A stretch of 63,583 nt of DNA, filler included, from Chiloscyllium plagiosum (taxonomy: Eukaryota): the NCBI RefSeq assembly GCF_004010195.1. It is 4 parts of one record of this genome, joined end to end, with 100 filler letters (N's around TTAATTAATTAA, not from the genome) between each part and the next. Parts side by side here need not be neighbours in the genome. Positions count along the whole stretch, not along the records: positions 34,396 to 61,330 come from NC_057712.1; positions 61,431 to 63,583 come from NC_057712.1; 2 more parts are not named here. One strand, written 5' to 3'. Below, piece by piece: positions 54,150 through 63,583 of this stretch. The notes beneath the pieces are model-generated. The model was not told the origin of the DNA. It worked only from the letters and a program-made list of their open reading frames with translations, and searched no databases. Within the stretch, counting starts at the first letter, position 1. The number at the start of each line of letters is the position of its first letter. The position numbers and the translations under genes are program-made.

Positions 54150-56620
54150 CAAACTGGCACATGGTGGATGCTGTGATTCATTGACAGGAACCTTGAGGTT
54201 CTGGGGAACAGGCCGATGGATATGGAGGTCTGTCCTCTTCCTTCAAGACCAACAGATCAGGCCATGCCTCCAGCTCCTGCCAGAATGGTCTGAGGTTGCC
54301 TCTTGGGTCAATGCCATCTCTCCATTTGGTGAAATGCCTAGCAGTACAGGAGAAAGGTCAATGACTCTCTCCACTCCACCAGGGCAAATGCCAACATCCT
54401 CCCTCTGCTCTGTCATGCTCACACTATCTCTGCCAATGCACACACTTCCTCCCCAAGCTCTCATGTAACACTCATATCACTCACACGTACCATGTAACAT
54501 CATCCCTCATTCACCTTCAGTCCCCAACCATTCATGCCCTCTGTGTGGCCTACCCACTTACTCGGGACACCTCGCCATCTTCTCCCTCCTCCAACCAGCA
54601 TTAAAAGCCACTCACTTCCTTCTCCCTCAATCTCTCCCGCCCTCTCATTAGAGAAGTCAACTGCAAATAATAGTGTGTTGCTGGGAAAGCAGAGCAGCTC
54701 AGGCAGCATCCGAGGAGCAGGAGAATTGACATTTCGGCCGTAAGTCCTTCATCAGGAATGAGGCTTGTGGGCCGGGGATGAGAGATAAATGGGAGGAGGG
54801 TGGGGTTGAGGGGGAAACGTAGCTGAGAAAGCGATAGATGGGGGAAGGTGAGGGAGAACACCCATGCGCTGCCATCTCACGCTATCAGCCATGTGCCGCC
54901 ATCTACTCTAAGAAAAATCTCCCTACCCCTAATGCCTCATCTTCACCATGGACATCCAGTCCCTGTACACATTGATCCGACATGGCGAAGGTCTCCAAGC
55001 CCTCTGCTTCTTCCTCTCACACCGTCCCAACCAGTACCCTTCCACTGATACCCTCATCTGCCTGGCTGAACTGGTCCTCACCCTCAACAACCTCTCCTTC
55101 CAATCCTCCCACTTCCTCCAAACCAAAGGGTAGCCATGGGCTCCCGCATGGAACCCAGCTATGTCAGCCTGTTTGTCAGATATGTGGAACAGTCCAACTT
55201 CCGGAGTTACATCGGCATCACCCCCCCAACCTGTTCCTCCGCTACATCGATGACTGTATCAACACCACCACATGTTCCCATGAGGAGGTTGAACAGTTCA
55301 TCAAATTTACCAACACATTCCACCCCAACCTTAAATTCACCTCGACCATCTCGGCAACCTGCCTCCCCTTCTTGGACCTCTACATCACGTCTCTGGTGAC
55401 TGACTAACCACAGACATCTACTACAAGCCCACTGACTCCCACAGCTACCTAGACTAGACCACCCTACCTCCTATAAAAATGTCATCCCTTATTCTCAATT
55501 CCTCTACCTCCGGCGCATCTGTTCCCAGGATGACCAATTCCACCTCAGAAAGTCCCAGATGGCCTCCTTCTTCCACCATCGCAACTTCCTTTCCCAAGTG
55601 GTTGATGATGCCCTCCACACATCTCCTCCACCTCACGCATCACCGTCCTTAAAACCCACCCCTCCCTACAAGGAAAGAAAACCCTGATCCTCCCCTTCCA
55701 GCCCACCAACCTCCGCATACAACGTATCATCCTCTGTCCCTTCTACCACCTCCAAACGGACGCCACCACCAGAGATATATTTCCCTCCCCAACCCTATCA
55801 GTGTTCCGGAGAGACCATTCCCTCCGCAACTCCCTCGTCAGGTCCACACCCCCCACCTGCACCCACACCACTCCCCTCACCTCCATCCAAGGCCCCAAGG
55901 GATCCTTCCACATCTGTCAGAAATTCACCTATACCTCTACCAATGTCATCTACTGCATCCGTTGCAGCTGGTAGGTGTGGTCTCCTCTACATCAGGGAGA
56001 AAGGAAGCCTTCTTGCGGATCGTTTCAGAGAACATCTCTGGGACACCCGCACCCACCAACCCCACCGCCCTGTGGCTGAACACTTCAACCCCCCCCCACT
56101 CTGTCAAGGACATGCAGGTACTAGGCCTCCTGCATCGACAAACACTTACCACCTTGGGACCTGTAACCACACGGGATAACTGTGGATTTCAACAGCTTCC
56201 TCATTTCCCCTCCCCCCACATTATCCCAGTCCCAAGTCTCCAAATCAGCACCACCCTCCGGACTTGTCCGTCACTCGCCCCCCGACCTATCACCTTCTCC
56301 CTCACCTTCATCCACCTATTGCTTTCCCAGCTACTTCCCCACAACCCCATCCCCTCCCATTTATCTCAGCCCCGGCCCACAAGCCTCATTCCTGATGAAG
56401 GACTTATGCCCGAAACGTCAATTCTCCTGCTCCTCGGACGCTGCCTAACCTGCTGTGCTTTTCCAGCACCACACTCTCGACTCTGATCTTCAGCATCTGC
56501 ACTCCTCACTTCCTCCTTCTTGCAAATAATAGTGGACGGGGCCAGGATGGGCAGTAGCATTCCTCACCCCCTTTGTGAGAAAAGGATCCTGGCACTGAGC
56601 AGGGAGGACCGGTACAGGAG
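54150..56620 (+). mobile_element. Harbinger Myb/SANT relic split by a Penelope insertion
   Basis: VLFLQDQQIRP...EWSEVASWVNAIS...RKVND.LHST; exon 2 EKSTANNS continues after 56534. Confidence 0.72.
54676..56520 (+). mobile_element. Penelope-like retroelement (Neptune-like): inverted 5' pLTR, RT, GIY-YIG, 3' pLTR
   Basis: MDIQSLYT, AMGSRM..SY, LRYIDD, LPFLD, VIYCI...CGLLYI...RFREH; TSD tgcaaataatagtg at 54662-54675 and 56521-56534; hammerheads at 54728-54755 (-) and 56392-56419 (+). Confidence 0.95.
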
Positions 56621-56771
56621 CTGTGGAGCTCTGCATGTGTGCGTTCAAATTTTATCTGTGTTGAGTCCCTTTTAAAGGAGACCTTTGTAGAGTAAAATGA
56701 CCAGATACCTAATCAAAGTTCCCCAGAGCTGTAATCACTCCTTGTCTCCAACTGAATATTAGGATCTAATC

Positions 56772-58162
56772 TCATCCGCCTGACTGAACTGGTCCTCACC
56801 CTCAACAACTTCTCCTTCCAAACCTTCCACTTTCTCCAGACCAAAGGGATAGCCATGGGCACCCACATGGGCCCCAGCTATGTCTGCCTCTTTGTCGGGT
56901 ACATAGAACAGTCCATCTTCAGCAGTTACTCTGGTACTATTCCCCACCTTTTCCTCCGTTACATCAATGACTGTATCAGCGCTACCTTGTGCTCCCACGA
57001 GGAGGTTGAACAGTTCATCAACTTCACCAACACTTTCCACTCTGACCTCAAGTTCACTTGGACCATCTCAGACAACTCCCTCCCCTTCCTGGACCTCTCC
57101 ATCTCCATTTCCAGCAACCAACTCAACACAGACATTTACCACAAACCCACCAATGCTCACAGCTACCTAGACCTCACCTCCTCCCACCCTGCCTCCTGTA
57201 AAAACGCTATCCCGTATTCCCAATTCCTTCATCTCCGCCACATCTGCTCCCAGGAAGACCAGTTCCACACAGAGCACCTCAGAGGGGCTCCTTCTTCAAA
57301 GATCGCAATTTCCCATGCCACATGGTCGACGATGCCCTCCAGCACATCTCTTCCAGTTCCTGCTCCTCCGCCCTTGAACCCCACCCCTCCAAATACAACA
57401 AGGAGAGATCCCTCCCCCCTCCCCAGTCCTTACCTTCCACCCCAACCAACGTCCATACACATCACATCATCCTCTGCTATTTGCGCTACCTACAAACTGA
57501 CCTCACTACCAGGGATATATTTCCCCCTCCACCCTATCTGTGACTCCCTTGTCAGTTCCACACACCACCCCCAACCCATCCTCCCCTACCGGCCCCTTGC
57601 CCCACCACTGCAAAGGCAAAACTTGCACCCATATCTCCCCACTCACTTCCATCCAAGGCCTCAAAGGATCCTTCCACACACGACAGAAATTTATCTGTAG
57701 TTCCACACATGTAAAAACTCTCTGGGACACCCACACTAACCAATCCCATCGTCCCGTGGCTGAACACTTCAACTCCCCCTCCCACTCCGCCAAACCCTAA
57801 CCACCCAACGCCTGAAGGAAGAATGCATCATCTTCTGCCTTGGGACCCACCAACCACACGGGATCAATGTGGATTTCAACAGTTTCCCCAAATCCCCTCT
57901 CCCCACCTTATCCCAAATACAACTTTCCAACTTGGCACCGCCCTCTTGAACTGTCCTACCTTTTCATCTTCCTTCCCATCTATCCGCTCCACCCTCCTCT
58001 CCAACCTATCACCTTCACCTCCCACCTTCATCTCCCTATCGCATTCCCAGCTAACTTCCCCCCCAGCCCCACCCCATTCCCATTTATCTCTCAGCCCCCC
58101 TGGCCCACAAGCCTCATTCCTGAATGATGCCTGACCTGCTGTGCTTTTCCAGCACCACACTG
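56772..58162 (+). mobile_element. Second Penelope-like element, 5'-truncated and decayed
   Basis: MGTHMGPSYVCLFVGY...LRYIND...LPFLDL...YHKPT...IPYSQF; hammerhead deleted near 58120. Confidence 0.93.
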
Positions 58163-58923
58163 TTTGACCCAAAGTGTTTTAGATGAGGTCTGCGAGGGGT
58201 CATGTGGTGAGCTGGAGTCACCAGATATTATCTTGAACTTTCAGCAACTCCTGCCATCTGTTTTCTATCCATCCTGTGGAATGATGGGAAGTTACATGTC
58301 AGTGAACCAAGATATATATGGAGCAAGAAATAACTCCAAGAGTAATGGTGAATATTCCTAAGGAATAATATTATTAATATAGTGCGAGGACAAGAAAGGG
58401 AAGGTGAAAGAATGATATTTAAAAAAAACTTCTGACAATAAACAACTGCCACCATCAAGAGGAGCAACTGCAAGAGACTCTGAAAAGATCAGAAAATAAA
58501 TTTAGACCAGGACTATGGAATTAAGAAGGTTATGGTGTTTAGTTATGGTGGAAAAGAGCACATATAAAGAAATCTACAGAAACAATCTGGCAGAAGTTAA
58601 AGGTTGCGGGAAATTAAAGATTTAAACAACCCTTACCCAGTTCCCCTACACAAATACCACAAAGTAGCAAGAGTGGTCAACTGGGAAAATGACCCTGTAT
58701 ACTCCAAGTGGGATGAGTTTTGGGGGACACTGACGGGAATTGCGCCAGGTCTCAATTCACCCGCACTGTAATCCTAGCATTAAAATTTCCGATCCGGAAG
58801 GCCTTGCTGATGTATAATCCCCTTGAGGAACTCAATAGCAGCCATTCTTTATTTTGGAGAAAGGAGGAGAGAGGACATTGGAAACGTAGGCATCATCACA
58901 GGTCCAGCTCTGCTGTCAGCAAA

Positions 58924-59672
58924 GGTTACGATATCAGAAAGACAGGAATCAGGAATGGTGTGGAGTTGAAGGTGTGTATTGTATTTTTAAAAGAGAATGA
59001 AAGTTGAAAAGCTGGCAAACCTGTCATGTGACTGACTGCAGGTACAGAGTGTGCTGGGTAATTTGAAGATGTAACATTTGGCTGTGAAACAAATAACTCA
59101 GCTTCATTACTATGTTTTCACAACAATTCAAATTCAACCAATCAGTTTAAATTATGCCCCAAGATACCAAAACCCAATCAAATTTGAATTTTAGTGCTTT
59201 ATCAACATTGAACCAATGAGATAATACAATGTTTTGGAGTATAAAAGCAGGCATTTTAAACAGTTAGCTAGAGAGATGAAGAGACTTCTCTCTAAAAGGT
59301 ACCTTTTCATATGAACAATCTGGCAGCAGACGACCGAAGATGATCCAGAGGAAATCTACAGGCAGAGGTAGTTCGACACACAAGGCAACACCTGGTTTTG
59401 AAAATTGATCTGCTATAAATTTAATGTGGGCTTTATCGGATCAGTATATAGAGTGGGAGGTAGATAAATCATTAAGACAAAGGAGGCTTACAGTGTAAAT
59501 AGTTACTGCTTAATGTTCTCTTTTGGAGGCAAAGAATAAATTGTTTATTTTTCTTTAAATAGTGGAAATTGGGTAGTTCTCTGTCACTCATACTTTAACA
59601 GATTACGATGCAAGGTGAGCATCTCTGTGTGTTTGTGCACGTTAGCAGAGGGGTTTATCCCGTGTCATAACA
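58924..59672 (+). mobile_element. Probable solo LTR
   Basis: Ends in gtgtcataaca; degenerate ggttacgatat start; gcaaa/ggaaa flanks; CCAAT at 59138 and 59213, TATAAAA at 59240, AATAAA at 59535. Confidence 0.6.
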
Positions 59673-60633
59673 GGAAACCCAAGGAGGAAACATAGCGAGA
59701 GTTAAGTGATTTATCACACACACTTCTTGCTAGTGCCAAATGGCAGCTGTATCACATTCCCCAGTTTCAAAACAAACACAGGAAATTGTACTCTCTAATG
59801 GACAGGGCCAAGTTGATTGATCAGGTCTAAGGTTTGGTCCGGATGAATATTGAATGGCACACAGTTGCAGCATTAACATACATCAGTAAAGAGCTGTGGC
59901 AGTATCAGCAGCTCAGTCACCTGCAAATTGCTGGTCAATGTAACCTCAGGTTGTATGCATCAGTTTTTGATGCGTTCCATCTCCTGGCCTAGAAGTGGAA
60001 TAATTCGATATCCAGCACCAATTTCAGGGCAGTCATTCTGAATCATTCCAGAGGTAGGCCCTTTCTGCTACCCTGAGAAACTGTCTTTCTTCTGGCACCT
60101 CTGCCTAGCTTCCTCGAAAGGTCACAGCCACTGGGACATACCAGACCCTTCGGATTTCCCTGTCATTCACAGGCATCCCTCAGAGCATCATACAGACATC
60201 TATTTGTCAGGGATGAGGTGGACAAATTACAAAGTTATGCTGACCTCTTTGGGGATGAAGCCACTCCATCATTTCAATTGAAAGACAAGTGATGACAGTA
60301 AAAGAATCTGAGCAGGATGCTGATAAATGTTTTGTTGGTTTCAATGTAAAGGTATCAGAGGGTGATTTTAAAGGAGAGAGAGAGAGAGGTCAGAGTTTTA
60401 TAAATCAGAATCTGCACTCAAGCCTGTCCCCAGCTCCAGTTTGGTCAGATATATGTTGGGAGGTGATTTCTGAGTTTGACTGTGTACCTGGAAGTTTAAC
60501 AGGGATTATCACAGAAGGTTAATGGACTTGGGCTTCCTAGGGAGAAAGCGGAAACGAGGCAAGAGCAGGATGCAGGAGGTTCATCCCATTCCACAATGAC
60601 TCAAGGACTAGGAAGGCAATCCATCGAATTAGT

Positions 60634-60950
60634 GGGCGGCACAGTGGCACAGTGGTTAGCACTGCTGCCTCACAACGCCAGAGACCCGGGTTCAATTCCC
60701 GCCTCAGGCGACTGACTGTGTGGAGTTTGCACGTTCTCCCCGTGTCTGCGTGGGTTTCCTCCAGGTGCTCTGGTTTCCTCCCACAGTCCAAAGATGTGCA
60801 GGTCAGGTGAATTGGCCACGCTAAATTGCCCGTAGTGTTAGGCAAGGGGTAAATGTAGGGGTATGGGTGGGTTGCGCTTCGGCGGGTCGGTGTGGACTTG
60901 TTGGGCCGAAGGGCCTGTTTCCACACTGTAAGTAATCTAATCTAATCTAA
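60634..60950 (+). mobile_element. Young full-length HE1 SINE
   Basis: A and B boxes and (ctaat)n tail; nearly identical to the 17054-17367 copy. Confidence 0.94.
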
Positions 60951-61029
60951 CAAGAGGACTCATTTCCGTCTGTCAAATCCACACAACACTCCCTACTACC
61001 ATCTGACCTTATCCTCAAACCACTATCCA

Positions 61030-61330
61030 TGCCTTTTCCCCCTCCAATCCCCAAATCCACACTCAACTCCCCACAGATCTCCACTCTCCACAGCCTTCTC
61101 ATTTCCCCAAGGAATCCAATAACCAACCTCCCTAGATCCCAATCCCCCAGACACCAACCTTCTTAGACCTGAACACCCCCAGACCCAAATCCCCTCAGAC
61201 CCAATCACCCAGACGCCTAATCTCCCCAGACCCCAATCTCCTCAGACCCCGATCCCTCAGACTCAAATCCCCTCAGACCCAATCCCCCAGACTCAAATCC
61301 CCTCAGACCCCAATCCCCCAGACCCAAATC
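61030..61330. repeat. C-rich degenerate tandem repeat (about 15-16 bp, cagacccaaatcccc)
   Basis: Directly visible; runs into a gap. Confidence 0.85.
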
Positions 61331-61430
61331 NNNNNNNNNNNNNNNNNNNNNNNNNNNNNNNNNNNNNNNNNNNNTTAATTAATTAANNNNNNNNNNNNNN
61401 NNNNNNNNNNNNNNNNNNNNNNNNNNNNNN
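61331..61430. other. Assembly gap with artificial linker
   Basis: 44 N + TTAATTAATTAA + 44 N. Confidence 0.97.
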
Positions 61431-61575
61431 CCACCCTCCTCTAGCTTATCTCTCCACGCTCCAGGCTGACTGCCTTTATTCCTGATGAAGGGCTTTTGCC
61501 CGAAATGTCGATTTCGAAGCTCCCTGGATGCTGTCTGAACTGCTGTGCTCTTCCAGCACCACTAATCCAGAATCC
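61431..61575 (+). mobile_element. Penelope pLTR end with hammerhead at 61482-61509
   Basis: CTGATGA-A-GGGC-TTTT-GCCC-GAAA-TG-TC. Confidence 0.88.
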
Positions 61576-62160
61576 ATGCTCACACAGCCCCATCTCCCTC
61601 ACTCTGAGCATGCTCACATTGGTCCATCTCCCACACACAGCTTGCTCACATTGGTCCATCTCCCTCACTCTGAGCATGCTCACATTGCCCAGTTCCCTCA
61701 CTCTGAGCATGCTCACATTGGTCCATCTCCCCGTCTCTGAGCATGCTCACATTGCCCCATCTCCCCCACACTGAGCATGCTCAAATTGCCCCATCTCCCA
61801 CACAGAGCTTGCTCACATTGCCCAATCTCCCCCACAATGAGCATGCTCACATTACCCAATCTCCCCCACACTGAGCATGCTCACATTGCCCCATCTCCCT
61901 CACTCTGAGCATGCTCACACTGCCAGCTCCCTCACTCTGAGCATGCTCACATTGCCCCACCTCCCCCACACTGAGCATGCTCACAATGCCCCACCTCCCC
62001 CACAATGAGCATGCTCACATTGACTCATCTCCCCCACACTGAGCATGCTCACAATGCCCCACCTCCCCCACAATGAGCACGCTCACATTGCCCCAACTCG
62101 TCCTCCATCTGAGCATGCTCATGTTGCACCAGCTTCCCCCTACAGCAGAGCATGCTCACA
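61576..62160. repeat. 34-bp minisatellite A (about 17 units)
   Basis: Unit gagcatgctcacattgccccatctccc(t/c)cac(t/a)ct; period 34 (61873 to 61907). Confidence 0.95.
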
Positions 62161-63583
62161 CCCACTGCAGTTGGTCCTCCCAGCCGCTGGGGGAGCTGCT
62201 GTAGTGGGTCCTCCCGGCCGCTGGGGGAGCTGTAGTGGGTCCTCCCGGCAGCTGGGGGAGCTGCTGTAGTGGGTCCTCCCAGCCGCTGGGAGAGCTGCTG
62301 TAGTGGGTCCTCCCGGCCACTTGGGGAGCTGATATAGTGGGTCCTCCGGCCGCTGGGGGAGCTGGTGCAGTGGGTCCTCCCAGCCGCTGGGGGAGCTGCT
62401 GTAGTTTGTCCTCCCGGCCTCTGGGGGAGCTGGTGTAGTTTGTCCTATCGGCCGCTGGGGGAGCTGGTGTAGTTTGTCCTATCGGCCGCTGGGGGAGCTG
62501 GTGTGGGTCCACCCAGCCGCTGGGGGAGCCGGTGCATTGGGTCCTCCCGGCCGCTGGGGGAGCCGGTGCAGTGGGTCCTCCCGGCCGCTGGGGGAGCTAG
62601 TGCAGTGGGTCCTCCCGGCCACTAGGGGAGCTGGTGCAGTGGGTCCTCCCGGCCGCTGTGGGAGCTGGTGCAGTGTGTCCTCCCGGCCGCTGGGGGAGCT
62701 GCTGTGGGTCTACCCGGCTGCTGGGTGAGCTGGTGCAATGGGTCCTCCCAGCCGCTGGGGGAGCTGGTGTAGTGGGTCCTCCCGGCCGCTGGGGGAGCTG
62801 GTGCAGTGGGTCCTCCCGGCCGCTGAGGGAGCTGGTGTAGTGGGTCCTCCCAGCCGCTGGGGGAGCTGGTGTAGTGGGTCCTCCCAGCCGCTGGGGGAGC
62901 TGGTGTAGTGAGTCCTCCGGCCGCTGGGGGAGCTGGTGTAGTGGGTCCTCCCAGCCGCTGGGGGAGCTGGTGTAGTGGGTCCTCCCGGCCGTTTGGGGAG
63001 CTGCAGTGGGTCATCCCGACCGCTGGAGGAGCTGCAGTGGGTCATCCCGGCCGCTGGAGGAGCTGCAGTTGGTCCCGGCCGCTGGGGGAGCTAGTGCAGT
63101 GGGTCCTCCCGGCCGCTGGGGGAGCTAGTGCAGTGGGCCCACCCGGCCGCTGGGGGATTTGGTGTAGTGGGTCCTCCCAGCCGCTGGGGGAGCTGGTGTA
63201 GTGGGTCATCCCGGCCGCTGGGGGAGCTGGTGCAGTGGGTCCTCCCAGCCGCTGGGGGAGCTGGTGCAGTGGTTCCTTCCGGCCGCTGGGGGAGCTGGTG
63301 CAGTGGGTCCTCCCAGCCGCTGGGGGAGCTGGTGCAGTGGGTCCTCCCGGCCGCTGGGGGAGCTAGTGCAGTGGGTCCTCCCGGCCACTAGGGGAGCTGG
63401 TGCAGTGGGTCCTCCCGGCCGCTGTGGGAGCTGGTGCAGTGTGTCCTCCCGGCCGCTGGGGGAGCTGCTGTGGGTCCTCCCGGCCGTTTGGTGAGCTGCA
63501 GTGGGTCATCCCGACCGCTGGAGGAGCTGCAGTGGGTCATCCCGGCCGCTGGAGGAGCTGCAGTTGGTCCTCCCAGCCGCTGG
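62161..63583. repeat. 34-bp GC/CpG-rich minisatellite B (about 40 units, runs off the window)
   Basis: Unit gtgggtcctcccggccgctgggggagctggtgca; period 34 (62571 to 62605). Confidence 0.96.

Noticed and set aside
14614..61430. TTAATTAATTAA flanked by Ns, three times
   Set aside because: Identical 44+12+44 scaffolding linker with stops in all six frames; an assembly artefact
61576..63583. CRISPR-like arrays of palindromic repeats
   Set aside because: No unique spacers, no cas genes, vertebrate context; these are tandem minisatellites
62161..63583. Immunoglobulin switch-region resemblance (GAGCT/GGGG) and Pro/Gly-rich ORFs
   Set aside because: No Ig exons or RSS are visible and sharks lack canonical switch regions; the ORFs are repeat translations and the 34-bp period breaks frame

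Overview
Repeat-saturated, non-genic or intronic DNA from a cartilaginous fish. The HE1-type SINEs and HER1/CR1 LINEs point to a shark (possibly a bamboo or carpet shark, which is only an inference). I cannot recognise any host protein-coding gene; nearly all listed ORFs are decayed transposon fragments, N-gap read-throughs or simple-repeat translations. The window holds many nested CR1 LINEs, two Rex1/Babar fragments, about 9 HE1 SINEs, a second tRNA-SINE family, Harbinger Myb/SANT relics, a probable solo LTR and five assembly gaps, three of them with an artificial TTAATTAATTAA linker. The most notable signals are these. (1) About 15 minimal hammerhead-ribozyme motifs from four Penelope-like families, several in tiny ORF-less inserts flanked by consistent 14-16 bp target-site duplications (TSDs). 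(2) Two adjacent 34-bp minisatellites that share a 19-bp core in inverted orientation. (3) A CR1 with a twin-priming-type 5' inversion. (4) A three-level Penelope-in-Penelope nest. Boundaries of old elements are approximate, and all family names come from motif recognition rather than database searches.
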